The notes below the pieces were generated by a model that was given only the letters and a program-made list of their open reading frames with translations, searched no databases and was not told the DNA's origin. Both the position numbers and the translations under genes were made by a program. Shown here one piece after another: positions 29,981 to 43,894 of a DNA stretch of 64,000 nucleotides. This stretch comes from Tubiluchus corallicola (Eukaryota; Animalia; Priapulida): assembly GCA_030141605.1 (NCBI GenBank), contig JAQGDQ010000508.1, positions 1 to 64,000 of the forward strand, read 5' to 3'. Numbering within the stretch: the first letter of the stretch is position 1; each line of letters opens with the position of its first letter.

Positions 29981-30394
29981 TAGATATCTCGAACGGAAAT
30001 CACAGTTGTAACATGGGATTCCTATATGTAGTCTTATTAGCTGTTAGTTTGCAAGAAAAATATTTAGATCACGTTGCCCTGACAATACGATGTTGTCTGA
30101 AAATGCTGATATTAAAATAAAATACAGTAAGATAACGAGCAAAATACGATAAGATATGGATATGATGGGTCATCTAAATGACATTCAAGTTATTAGAAAA
30201 GACATTTTGCTGATGACTAAGCTGGTAATTCAGCACTTTGTAATTAGACTAGATATGATACTTTGTCAATACCAAGTTACTGTTGTTGAAATCTGCTTGA
30301 CACCGTTTGCATTGGTCATGAGCTGTAAACATATACTTGTAGTTTTCCCGTTTTTTGTGTGGCGTTTTGCATTGCGATATGAAAATTATGATGT

Positions 30395-30491
30395 GGAGAG
30401 AGAGAAGAAGATAGAAAGAGAAAAAGAATATGAGGCTAACAAGGAGCAAAAATAGAGAGCGAGAAAGGGACAAGGGAATAGAGATAGATAG

Positions 30492-30531
<40 letters not shown>

Positions 30532-30563
30532 GTAGGCACGCACACACGCGCGCACACACACTT

Positions 30564-30595
<32 letters not shown>

Positions 30596-30612
30596 GAGGA
30601 AGGGGAAGGGGA
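30395..30612. repeat. GA-rich/(GA)n tracts with a short CA/CG insert
   Basis: Seen directly. Confidence 0.9.
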
Positions 30613-31884
30613 CTAATGAAACGGTTACAGAGATAACAGAAGGGAACGAGACGAACAAGAGAGCATACAAACCTTATTAAAACCCAAGAAGAGACCAGCC
30701 ATGTCTTTTGAGACTCGATGCCTAACACAAAATTAATTGTCCAACTACATGTCAGCTCTAGAGACAACAACGCGAGAAATAGCAATGGGGTTATGTTGCG
30801 AATACAGTGACTACTCTTCTGGTGGAGAGATCAATTTTATTTTTCTTGAACTGTCTGTGCTCATTGCGTAGGCTACACGTAATCATTCGTTCATTCTTCT
30901 CCAGGCTCTGCGAAGTCTGAACGAAATCTATGTGACAGGAAAGCGATTTATCAGTTTCATCGGATCACATTTTGATGCAAGGGGAATAATCTGGCTAATG
31001 CCAGCGCTCGGGTTGCTTCATTTATATCCATCAAATATCATTGTGAGCTCGCCCGCTGAGTGACAGATTGTTATTTTGCCTTTGTACGGAGTTGCCCTCG
31101 GATGCTCGAACGGAAAAAGTCGTTCCCCCGGGCTAAATCAAGTGAAGTTTCTCGAAGCGCATTCCCAGAGGTGAAATTCCTCTCCTAATGTCACTTCTGT
31201 CGCACTCAATTCACTGGAAATAATTCCCGAGTCAATTTTCCTCTGATTATTTTCATTTTTGCAAAAATTTCATTTTCGTCGGTGGTTCTTTCTCAATCCA
31301 TTTCATGCATTTATGTTTTTGTTCGTTGTCGCGCCGTCATTTGGTAGTCGGCTGAAATACTTCGGTTGGAAAGTGAATTTGTTAGAAAGCAGTAAATTTG
31401 GCGAGGAGTTATGTTGACATTGACGTGGAGTTATTGATGATGTTGATCAAGGCGATTATACGCAGCAAAATTATGTCGCAAACATCATGAATTGTGAGCA
31501 ACTTATAAGATGATGTGAGTGACAACAGGGAATTAGAATTGAGAAGAAACCGTTGGCGGTATTCCGTGTTAGTGTAATGAATTTTTCTTGCTTTATAAAG
31601 TAGTTAGTCCATCAATGTTTTCGTGATTCGGGTTAGCCAGAAATAACGGTGGGATAATTAAAACCCATCAAAAGTTTTTAGTTAACTGACCCAGAAAAGA
31701 TTTTTTCTCAGCCAATTGTACTTCAGTATGAAGGCCCTTATATATAGTTGCGATTGAGATTAGGGTTATAGTGTTATAATGAAAGCCTATTATAATGTTA
31801 TATACTTATGTTTGTGGTTAACTAGACTGATCCTAATAATAAACGAAAGTTTAACCATTTTTTCAAGTTCCGAAATGGTGCTTA

Positions 31885-32650
31885 GATTGCGTTTAGTGGG
31901 GTGGATGGGCTAGATTTCGGATTGTAACCATGCAGTCTTGCGTTCGAGACTAGCAGCTGCCAATGCCAGGACATAAACCTTACATGTTATTTGTGTGCTG
32001 CGTCTTTAACTATATTATTGTTAAAGGAAAGGCCAAGCCTTCTGGGAAGATAGGCTTATTTAATATGTTCTCAAAAATGCTGGTAGGATTTAGTAATAAA
32101 ACTGAAATAAACGCCTCGTGAAATTGGTAAAACACTTTAAAGTCGCGATCACTTCATGCTTCGGTGTTCCCATTTTGAACTACCTTTCTTCTTCCAATGA
32201 CGTCATTCGTCCTGAAGAAAAGTAGGGCGCTGTAAATTGTCGTCAAACGTATAATAATTTCTGCAAAAACATTAGATACTCGATTTTGTTACATTTTCGC
32301 ATGAATACTAGGTAAGCTGCAGAAGGCTGAATTAGTTCATGGAGTGCGTGCTCACGGAAATCCACGATGCACTTACGAAAAGGTACAAAGTGCCCCATTT
32401 ACGTTATAATTTTCAAACGAATGGCGGCAACCACCATGCCTGAAAATTTCTATTCAGATGTAGTATATTTTAGATTTATACTTTGGAAATTTCTTTGTTA
32501 TATTTTCCCACGTTTAAGTGGTAACAGTAAAATAAACCCAACAAATCATAAGTGACTTATCTTTTCCTTTAAGTGTAAACAACCGTTAGTGGTAATGTTG
32601 TCTGTTAAAATTAGCGACGGTAAATAAATGTTTTCGTTTGTCTCTGTCCC
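31885..32650 (+). mobile_element. tRNA-derived SINE split by a Kolobok-like insertion
   Basis: Head TAGATTTCGGATTGTAACCATGCAGTCTTGCGTTCGAGACTAGCAGCTGCC lies before 32021. The 3' part TAATGTTGTCTGTTAAA..GACGGTAAATAAA resumes after 32572. Confidence 0.75.
32021..32572 (+). mobile_element. Kolobok-like family C
   Basis: TTAA|AGGAAAGG ... CTTTTCCT|TTAA, cleanly interrupting a SINE. Confidence 0.8.
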
Positions 32651-32863
32651 TTTCTCTCTATCTTCCTAAAATAAAATTGCCATTTCTCTTATTAAGGCCA
32701 ATTATCCTTTCTTTTGTGCAAAGATGACAAAATTCGCTCGGACAATCAACAGGTGAGCGTTCATTTCTAGTGAATCGAGTTCTGCAACAATGACTATACA
32801 CGTTCTTCTTATCTGAGACGGGTGTTGCCACTTTTCGTCACCAGTGCCAGTTTGTTCCATCTA

Positions 32864-33416
32864 AATAAAGTGTAATAATCACTTAGCCAATAAAGTGTAA
32901 TAATCACTTAGCCAATAAAGTGTAATAATCACTTGGCCAATAAAGTGTAATAATCACTTGGCCAACAAAGTGTAATAATCACTCAGCCAATAAAGTGTAA
33001 TAATCACTTAGCCAACAAAGTGTAATAATCACCTAGCCAATAAAGTGTAATAATCACTTAGCCAATAGATTGTAACAATCACTTAGCAAATAAAGTGTAA
33101 CAATCACTTAGCTAATAAAGTGTAATTATCACTTAGCCAATAAAGTGTAACAATCACTTAGCCAATAAAGTGTAACAATCACTTAGCCAATAAAGTGTAA
33201 TTATCAGTTAGCCAATAAAGTGTAATTATCACTTAGCCAATAAAGTGTAAAAATCACTTAGCCAATAAAGTGTAACAATCACTTAGCCAATAAAGTGTAA
33301 TTATCACTTGGCCAATAAAGTGTAATAATCACTTAGCCAATAAAGCGTAATTATCACTTGGCCAATAAAGTGTAATAATCACTTGGCCAATAAAGTGTAA
33401 TAATCACTTGGCCAAT
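32864..33416. repeat. 25-bp minisatellite, about 22 copies
   Basis: Unit AATAAAGTGTAATAATCACTTAGCC, head-to-tail with no spacers. Confidence 0.97.
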
Positions 33417-33947
33417 TTCACTAACAAAGTTCGAAATATAGCGCTCTGCAACTAAAGAGGAAGGCGGAATTCTTTAGTGACGGTTTGAAGTTGTTTTTTT
33501 TTTAGTAATTCCTTTTTAAGAGAGTTGTTTCCTCTCAGAGTTCAAAAATATGCCGCAAAGTTATCTCTCTTATCATCGAACCTATATGATTGCTGGTTAG
33601 AGAACGTACTGAAAATCCATGCTATAAAACGCATTAAGACAATATTTCTGTAGCATTTTTCTGTAGGCGAACAATCGTTGATTAAACATGTATTAAATTA
33701 AACAGGTCAATTAAATTAATTTGGCACAACAAGTAGCCAATCTGCAACTAACGACGTATACAGGAAGTGTTTCAAGAGCAGAAGACAAGTAAAACAGTCA
33801 ATTCAGAATAATTGATCACACAAATTCGTGCAGTTTGACCATAGCAATTGACGGCGCAAAACTGACAATTAATCCTAACGAACGTCTATGTAACAAGTCA
33901 GCTCTAAATCAGTTTCACTGAAAGTTCTGATGCAGTAACTGTGCCGA

Positions 33948-34481
33948 TTAAAGAAAAGGAGAAGTCATTTAGTACGTTGGGTTTGGGTTTTATGTGTTAT
34001 CGTCTAAACTTAAAAAAGTATATTAAAGACATCTGCAAAAAACTCTCTACAAAGCATGAAGTTAATTTATACTACAGTTGTATAGTAATTTTAATAAAGT
34101 GGTGCTTTTTGCCAGTCACTTGAAAATTATGACGTAACTGGTGGACTTCGTGACTTTTCCCAAGTGCTTTCCTGTATGCAGCTTAGCTAATATTAACGCA
34201 AAAATATCACAAAATTGACTATCCAATTTTTTGCAAAAACTTATTGTACGATTGATGGATTTTGCCGGTGCGCTGCTTTTCTTCAGCCAATGAACCACGT
34301 CAACGGCGAAAGAACGGAGGTTCAAAATGGGAGCGCTCAAGCTGGAATTGACTGCGACTTTTAAACCGATTTTACTAATTACACGAGACGTTTATCCCAG
34401 TTTTTGTTACTAAATCATTCTAACATTTTTCGCTAGCATTGAAATAAGCCCAACTTCTCAGAAGGTTGGCCTTTTCTTTAA
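33948..34481 (-). mobile_element. Kolobok-like family C, diverged inverted copy
   Basis: TTAA|AGAAAAGGAGAAGTCA ... AGAAGGTTGGCCTTTTCT|TTAA is the reverse-complement homologue of 32021-32572. Confidence 0.75.
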
Positions 34482-36920
34482 ACAATGGTATAATAATTTA
34501 TTCTTGGATTCAGAAAACCACTCATTCACAAGGGTTCGTTTTAACCACTGGCCAAACAGGCTTCATACGAACGCAACTGCGATTTAAAAAAATACATTTG
34601 TCCTTAAAAAGTTACCACGCATCCACTTGAAAGGCTAGAAACTTAAATATGAAATACGTTGCAAAAAAGTTTCTTTTATTGCTACCCCAGAACTATCGTG
34701 GAAGCATCCCTGCTGGAGCTGCTTATCTAACTTTTAATCTTACATTATAAGAATTATAGTTAGAGACTACGAAACTGATGTGATTTAGCGAATTTTCAAG
34801 ATTATAGATGCGCCACTTTAGCAGAATTAGCGTCAAACAAAGCGCCAAACAAAACTGTGCGCGCGCAATGTAGGTGATTGTAAATGATTATAGATTGTAA
34901 GTGCTTAGCACTTTTAGCTTGTTTTCGCACCAAATCTCCCGAAAGTATTGGTCACATTGAAATTCTCACAGCTGGATATCAATGACTATGTATTTCAAAC
35001 CAGAGCTGATATATCTCAAAGTACTGATCAAACACCAGTCCCGAACAATTGAAAGCGATGGTAGCGAGTTTTCATTGTACACATAACATTTTAATTCAGG
35101 TTAATTAGGAAACGCAGAGGGTTAGGGTCGTGACATTTACAGGTTAGACACCAGGGCCTATCACTCGCTGTGGCTCAGACAATGATTTGGTGAAAGATGA
35201 CCTCGGTTAAATGTCGAGAATACAGAATATCAGTCATTTCGAGAGTCTGCCTAACCGCTGGGTTATTAAGTAATGATAACCACCCAGCAATGATCAATGG
35301 CGCGCGCACTTTCCACGTAGTGTACTATTACAGCAATAAAACATTTCCGTGGTAGCTGATTGCTCCACAATGAACGACCAATACTTTCCTTTAACAAAAT
35401 ATAGATAGACATATCATTTGGCGAAACTTATTGCTAACTTCTGCTTTTTGTCAGAAAACTAAACAGAATATGAAAAATAAAATATGATTTTTGCGGTGCT
35501 TTGACTTTTAATAAAAGCAAGCCGTCAGAAATTTGCACAACCCGGAAATTATTGCGGCAAACTTTTCACGATGACGCTCAGAGATGAAGTGTTTAGTTCA
35601 TGTTCGTGAGTGCTGGAGTTTGTTTGACTTTAACGAAGTTGGAGGAAGCGATATTGCTTTTATTGCTTTCGCTTTGTGCGCATGTGTTTGTGAATCCGGT
35701 TAGCTGCCGTTACCGTAATTAGACGGCAAGCATATTGGACAATTAATAAAGCAAACAGCGGTAACTTTGTCTCACCTATCAGTGTCGTATCATTAATGTC
35801 GTCATTTACTTTTCCCATTACCGCGTTGGCTTCTCCGCTTTAAATTTGCTCTGGACATGATTTACTTTTCTCATTAGTTCTTTGATTTCGTCGCTTTAAT
35901 GAGCTACCGGGCAGGAAGCAGAGTAAGACTGGCCACTGGTCTTTTCAGAACAGTGGTAATTGCTTTTGCAATATTTCCGTGATTCCAAATTGGTATTAAA
36001 TTTCAAGTCCAAAAAGTGGCTGTTACTTTAGCGGTCTGTTTTGGTGGCTGTAGATTTTCAACGCAAATGTAAGCTACACGAAAGAAGAATAGCACCACGC
36101 CTGAGCCGCACACCTCGACCAAACCTCTCACACAGCTGCTAGTAGCACCTCGTTTTGGTCAAATATTTACGCCAGCAATAAGTTCAAAAAGAAATGCATC
36201 ATCAGTAGCATAAGTATAATGACATTGTGTATTATGTTCCAATAAAAGCGAATTTTGAGATCTTAATAGAAGGGATATTGTGAGAAAGTAACGACAGAGG
36301 TTTTTTATACATACTTCAGACCTCTTCAAGTAAACAGCAGGCCGCGTTGATTTTTGTGGTCGAAACTGGAATTAAGTAACTATCAAGGATATTCCTCTAA
36401 GGTAGGGCGATGTCTCAACCACGTTCGGATACAAATACATCATTAAAGAGAAGACGGCAAAGTCCCTATAGGATAAATAAGCAGCGGCTATTATAATTCT
36501 GTTCAATGCCTCCCAGGCGGTTGTTCCAGGCGAGCTTCCCTATACATATTACAGTTCCTACAGTAACTGCACCCAAGCTAATTATCGTTTCTGTCGTTAT
36601 TATTGAGGCATTATAATTTATGCTACTGCATAGTATGTAGTCCATAATACAAGCAGGGACAAACCTTATTACAAAGTCGTAAAGGTAAAACAGACATATG
36701 ATGTTTCCCTTTTTATGATGTAGAGATGTTTACATGTGCAAACAACGTGATACGGGTAGTTATAGTTTAACTACACTGAAGCAGTTTATTTGGTAGTTTT
36801 CTTTTTGAAGCAGATAGCCCAAAACTGTTCACTGACAGGTTATTGTAAAAACAGGCTGTGCTCTACCAGCAAAGACTGTCAATAAAAGGGAGGTTAGGAA
36901 CCTTGCCACAGTTATGTATG

Positions 36921-36955
<35 letters not shown>

Positions 36956-37669
36956 CTTTATTGCAATAAAAACATGCACAAAAGTTACAGCAGTAAGATT
37001 ACAATATACTGCTGTAATCTATATCTGCTGTAGTATTATATATATATAAATAATTATGTATGTTCAATCTTTCGACTGATGTCACACAATAGCGTCAAAT
37101 AGTTAGTAAATTACACAGTATTACAGACTTTAAATGCTGTTATGTTACTAAGAAAAAATTCTTAAAATTAAGATTTTCAGAAACTTTAGCACGCAATTAA
37201 AAATATTTTTAAAATTCAAGTTACATACTAAACAGATTTATAAACAAAAAAGTTTACGAATAAAATATTTTATTCATATTAATTTTTACACATTTATAAT
37301 TTTACGTGACTTACATACCAGTTGCTTAAAAGCTAAATATAAATAAATTTCGATATAATTGACCATTTTTTGAATTTTTAAAGAGCTTTTGTTTAAACTC
37401 AATGCTTAAGCAAGAAGTTATGCTAAAGCAGAGATTAACGATCACCCACACTCCCTGCCCGCTCACAAAGAAATTTATGTATCAGCATTCGCCAATAGGC
37501 AAACAAAGCAGTCGCAACATTGCCATACTGAAATATTATTACTATAATGACATTATATGGTTAAAGAGGTGAGATGTTTTTAAGACAATGGAATAAGGCG
37601 TATAAGTGCGGGCGTTATTTTCTCTCTCTCTGTGGAGGCAAGTTACATACCAACAGTTGCAACTGAAAG

Positions 37670-38173
37670 AATTAAGTTATAGATTAAAAACTTTACTAAC
37701 GGCGGGCTAGCCCAACTATTGATAACATCACAAATTAACATCATTTTCAACAGCAAAAATATTCCACGAGCGCGTTTCAAGTGTTTGCGAAAGCGAAACG
37801 GGAAGTACAGTGCTACTGTAAGACATTCAGTGTGTTGTACTAAAACTAGCCAAGTCTTAAGATAAAAACTCAAATTTCAAATTTGCCGTTGTGTTCACGC
37901 ATGAGCTGTCGAACGTGTGCAATTCGTCACAAACTAACACATTTAAACTGAAAGGTACAGCGCGTGTTTTTGTGCAGTGCGTTTCCAGAATGCAAGCGTC
38001 TGTGCCCAGCGAATGGCGAAATGCATGTAACAGCGAAAAACTAGTGGCGCGAACGTGAAATTGTGTTTGTGTGGTAATAATTCTTTCACGTAGGTTATTT
38101 TGAAAAAACAGTATGTTTCCTTTAAACATTTTAAAGAGTAGATTGTTTTGACCTGCAATTTCAGATTGGGTCC
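37670..38173 (+). mobile_element. Kolobok-like family A, truncated at both ends
   Basis: Colinear with the body of 7865-8484 (e.g. CAACAGCAAAAATATTCCACGAGCG, CTAGTGGCGCGAACG). Confidence 0.8.
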
Positions 38174-38338
38174 GAAGAAAGGCCGCGTAAGAAACATGAC
38201 TAATAATGTCTGCTTTGATACATTAATTGTAAAGCAAAAATTTTAGTTCCTAACTGGCACGAGAATTCTAGTTCACTTGCTGAAGTTTTGGCACAAGTGA
38301 GAGATTATGCAGACTGGCCAAATATTCGCAATTCAATA

Positions 38339-38446
38339 TTAGATTAGATTTAGATTAGATTAGACTAGATTAGATTAGGTTAGGTTAGGCTAGATTAGAT
38401 TAGATTAGATTAGATCAGATCAGATCAGATCAGATTAGATTATTAG
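38339..38446. repeat. (TTAGA)n pentanucleotide repeat with TTAGG and TCAGA variants
   Basis: Seen directly. Confidence 0.95.
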
Positions 38447-38948
38447 AAATTAGCATCAGCTTTTAGTGTAATAGAAAATGCGATTCACTTAACACGGAAA
38501 ATTAATCGATGCTAGAAGCGAAATGTAGGCGAACAACTACTAGCAATAATTGTTTTGTAACATTTGATACAATAATCGCAAATAATCACGTCTTGCCCAT
38601 GTGTTTAAGCTATAGATTAAACTATTGACGCTGGAGAGAAGCATTCAAATGTTGCCCAAATCAGAAAGTATGATCTTAGTAGCACTTCACAATTTCCATA
38701 TAAATTCAGCTTCTTGCGACTGCTGTGTTTACACTCTGCGCTTTTGCCTAGCTGTCTTTCATCGTTTACGTACTTGTCGGAAATTAAGTATTTGCCTCGT
38801 GTAAATAACTGTAGTAAGTATCTACCAAGGTATGTATAAATTACTTCTGTAGTTCCATTGTGTACGTATGTAAATAGAAAACATGACTTACCGCCAAATT
38901 AGCTACTTGATAAGGCCTGGTATAAAGTCTGAGGCAGAAATTAAGAAA

Positions 38949-39103
38949 TTAGGAAAACCTAATCTGCCGTAGAGTGACGGTACAGATTTCTCCCCATCAT
39001 CAAACGCTGTAGGGAATATAGTGTTTCCCCACATATAAGGTAAGGTGTAGGTAAGGGCCCCGTTATAGTTTGGCCCCGTTGTAGGGAATATAAGTTTTCC
39101 TAA
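38949..39103. mobile_element. About 155-bp MITE
   Basis: TTAGGAAAAC... and ...GTAGGGAATATAAGTTTTCCTAA form imperfect TIRs; internal repeat GTAGGGAATATA. Confidence 0.5.
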
Positions 39104-40081
39104 AGTGATATATTGAAATTGTTAACTATTATTGTTGTGACGCCTACTAATATCTTTACTTTACTTTACTTTCACCGGATTATTATTATGAATTGTGTGT
39201 TCTGTTGAATTGTAAATATTGTACATCACGATGTTTCAATTTATTGTTTATTCGTTTCATTCTCTATATACAGGAATCACCAAATTGGACAACAGATATT
39301 ATAAATAAACCTTTTCGAGCACGATCTTTTAAGTACATTTAGTTTGATACGACGTCTCTCCCTGCTTATTTGAGCAGAAAACAAAACAAAAAAAAACGAA
39401 CCAAAAACTAAATTCAAGTTTTCGACCTGACATCAGAATAAGTCTTGTTTGACGAGTTTTTTTTTTACATAAAGTAAAGCAACAAATTAATTTTACAGTA
39501 CTAGCTTATGTGTCATTAATTAAACTTCAATTCTTCTTTCATATCCTGTTTGTCACAGACATTTGTCACATATATACATATTCTTTGATAATTTATGTTT
39601 AAATATTTATATTTTTTGCATTAAATAAATTAAATATAGAGGGCGCATCTGATGGGAGATCTCGTAAACGGTAAACGTAGCATCATCGTTACTGTAGTTT
39701 CAGACATGAGTTTATTAGACCTCGAACATTTGGCAATACAGATCGAGTTGTGTCTGAGTCAGACATCTTCTATTGTACGTTTTCAGAATGTGACAAGTCT
39801 ATTCAGAATTATAGCTGAAAAGATAAATTGAGAGATTATTCTGAAGAAAATTTTATTAGAAGATATATTCATGTCTGTACGACTTGCCACAAGAACGTTT
39901 AAAAACACAATTTGTTAAACTGTAATTAATTGTTGAAACAAGCAAGCTGAACGCTAAAACAACTTGCCCAGTTGCTAATTAATGCAGATTAACAGCTCGA
40001 TTTTCCACTGTTCGTTTTCCAGCCAGATGATTCTGAAAAGATAAGACGACGAACTGTCATGATAATTTTACGTGAAATGTA

Positions 40082-40285
<204 letters not shown>

Positions 40286-41608
40286 TATAATATAATAATA
40301 ATAATAATAAATCTTCATTAAAGAAATGAATATATATACACAAAGGTGCCTCTTTTTGCAGGCTCAGATTAACAAATTACATTTTCACATAACAAATCTT
40401 TTAAATCCAGTTTCACACTATGTACAACGAATAACATTTTATACTTAAATTAGATATAATTTCAAACGAATCACAAGTATTATACAAACAAATTAACTTT
40501 ACACAACTACATAATTTATTTTTGTATACTGAAGCGGGCCTAAATTAACAATTACTTAGTATAAAATTGTCCCTGATCAGGTTAGTGAAAGCCATTATTA
40601 AATTTTTATCAGATTGAATCATAATATTACGTGTATAATTGGCATCAGCTATTTCCATGAACGGCATTCTTTTTGCATTATCTACTTTATTACATCTGAA
40701 TAAAATGTGCTGAGGAGTTTGCTCTTCTTCTCCACATGGACATAAACTAGTATCACTCATATTAAGTCTATACAAAAAGCTGTTAAAATTCCCCTGGCCA
40801 GTTAAAAAGGACATGGCAATGGATTCTATTTTCCTTTCATTATTTCCAAGCGGCAAATTTAAGGGTGTACATTTTATATTCTGTATTTCAACATCATCTC
40901 CTCGAAATTGCATAACATGCCTATATTTAGTTGACCAGGTACAAAAAACATAATCTATAATTTGACGTTTGGTATACTTTAATATATTTTCAGGAATTTG
41001 TTCAAGATCTGTAGTCAGAAAGTTTTCATTCCAGACAAATTTTAAAAAGTTTCTCACAGTCTGCGCATGTGTGTACAAAATATTTTTATAAATATGTCTT
41101 CCTGTCAGGCGTGCACTACCATACCGCAGAATCTGTTGTTTTACTAAATCATCAGCGCTCTGACATAACGTCTTAAGACAAAATTTAACCACAATTACAT
41201 TTAGTTCAATGTCTAACGGTGGAAGACCACAAAGTAATTCCAATTTAGTACGATCTGGTTTAAAATCCAACCCCGCAGAAACTTTCATTATATCTTAGGT
41301 TATATCTTCAAATACAGTAAGTTTTTTACCTAACCATACAATAGCACCATACAGTTTAATCGGCAAAATGGTAGTTTTATAAATATTTACAATGGTAGCA
41401 AGTCGCAAACCTGCATATTTACTGCAATTGTTTTTTACTTTCAACCATCTATACCATACCTTTTTATGAACATTACCCGCGTGTTTAACAAATGTTAATT
41501 TCCGATCAACAGTTAGGCCTAATATTTTGCTGTCTTCAACAAACAATATTTCATTGTTACTAATTTTTAAATTGTCTGGCTTGTTATTTTCATCCCATGC
41601 CCCTATCC
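40286..41608 (-). mobile_element. 5'-truncated non-LTR retrotransposon (R1/I-group-like ORF2 C-terminus, 3' UTR, (TTA)n tail)
   Basis: RT thumb motifs KILGLTVDRKLTFVKH, IYKTTILP..LYGAIVW and LELLCGLPPLDI, then FLTGQGNFNSFLYRL and the zinc knuckle CPCGEEEQTPQHILFRC. Coding 41608-40545 is a single frame with one internal TAA at 41297-41295. The tail is at about 40286-40311. Confidence 0.88.
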
Positions 41609-41866
<258 letters not shown>

Positions 41867-43894
41867 AGACTAACTTATTTACCATCAGTGACGCAAAAAG
41901 CTTCAATCAGGATGGCAAATAACAACTCATGAGATCGCACGTGACATTGCATTTGAACACGGTAGCAAGCGCAACCAAATTCTGTCTCATTCAAACCTCG
42001 TCTCCTTATTTCCCTGCAACACTTGTGATACAAATACTAATAACCATTAATGTAATTCAAGTGATTTAACGTGTGTGACAGTAACAAAACTAACTTCGGC
42101 ACTGTCACAAATTACGTATCAAACCCTACTGTTCCTGCATACCTCCCCCCCCCCACCTTTCCACAACGCATAGGAACAGGAGCGAATCACCATCTCGATT
42201 TCTCCAACTTCATTTTGTAGTTGATTTTGACGTAGAAATGCCTCCAGGGAAATTCTTTAGAATAGAAGCCAGTACAGACTGGGAAACTTTTTACAATGAG
42301 AAAGAGCATTTTAACTCCACAGTAACAAATCGTGCCAGTAATTAATACAGAATACCTTTTTTAAAATATAAAGTTACTGAAACACCTATAGTTGTTGCTC
42401 TCTCAGGCACCAATGTGTCCATATGAAGTTTATTTAAATTCAGCTAAACTCTAGCCAAATTCTAGCCAATTATTAAGACCCACAAGATGCTAATAAATCA
42501 CTAGTTAACGGGCTCAGATAATAAAAATGGTTATTAAACTCTATAATTTCAACAGTTTGGAGAATTATGCCTTTGCATAATTGTTTTACACGAAAATTTG
42601 CGGCATTCTTGACCTTATAGAATCTGTTCTTAACTGGTGATCCAAGTGCAAGTTACAATCTTCTTAATTTCAGCAGCAACTGATCAACCATCAACTACAT
42701 GAAGCCATAAAGGAGGTATCGTCTTTAGACAAAATTATGCAAAGCGAAAACATAATTGCCTGAAACGAAATTAAACATATGCATGACAGGGGCAGTATTT
42801 TCGATTTGTTCAGAAATTCGTGTTGCTAAGTTAGACGAGCATAAAAGAATAAAAACAATTAAACTTCACATAAAGGAATATCCATCGAAGAATTCACAGA
42901 TTAAATGACAGTTCATTATGTAATCTTGAGAAAAAAGAATAAAAGCGAACAGCCTACCTGTGCAAATCGACTCCAAGACGTTAGTCGACAAATAGTTAGT
43001 GGGCGATATACACAAATGTTTACCGGCACTTTATCATTTGAGGTGATGACCATGATGTAGACTGGTTGATAACTTTTTTGTTTTACTGCCATGTATTGAA
43101 TGTTTTATAGGTCAACATTGCTGTCCTACAATTAGTGGTTAGCTGGTATTTAATTCGTTAACATACAAAAGCTTTTCGATTTTAACTTAAAAGCCATTAA
43201 GCTATGAACTTGTAACTTTCATAACCAAAAACTAATGTACTGTAACATCACTGTAATGTAACTAATACTGTACACTGTACTGTATTTTGAAATTTCAATT
43301 TTATATGATTTCTAATATTATTGTAGTCTAAATAACGGCGCATTTTTCTGCGCCTCCCAATAACCATGCATTGGTAGCTGTATTGTGGCAATACGAACCC
43401 TATTCATGCGAGTTGGCTCGAAGTTTAACAGCTTTTTGGAATTAATTTCACATTGCAAATTAGCTGCCCACTTCACTCTTGCAGACTGACTGTTGGCAGA
43501 AACTATTATGATAAAGCAAATTAACTGATCGTTAGTCATGAGACTTGTAAACACCCTGAATTTTCTGTTCTACAAATTAAAGGCTCGTACAGTTAACATC
43601 TTTCACCAACATTAATTTTAGGAACAAATTCGCACTCGTTTATTGTTGTTTTACGCAACGATGTTTGCCATGTGTTTTAAACGTGTTTATTTCATCCTTG
43701 AATGATCCTTCAACTAAACGTAAGGTGGCTGTGTAACGTCACTGCTGCTATTGAAACTGTACAGTAAATTAATTGGTATAAAGTTCCTTACAAATATTTC
43801 ATATTCATTGGTAAAAAGCCATTACAAAAATTCTTTAATCAGCTTCACTAAAATGTTGAATACTAACTTTTACAAGTGTAATATACATGAAATA

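Noticed and set aside
32864-33416. CRISPR-like array (25-bp unit with internal dyad)
   Set aside because: Units are head-to-tail with no unique spacers, there are no cas genes, and the context is eukaryotic.
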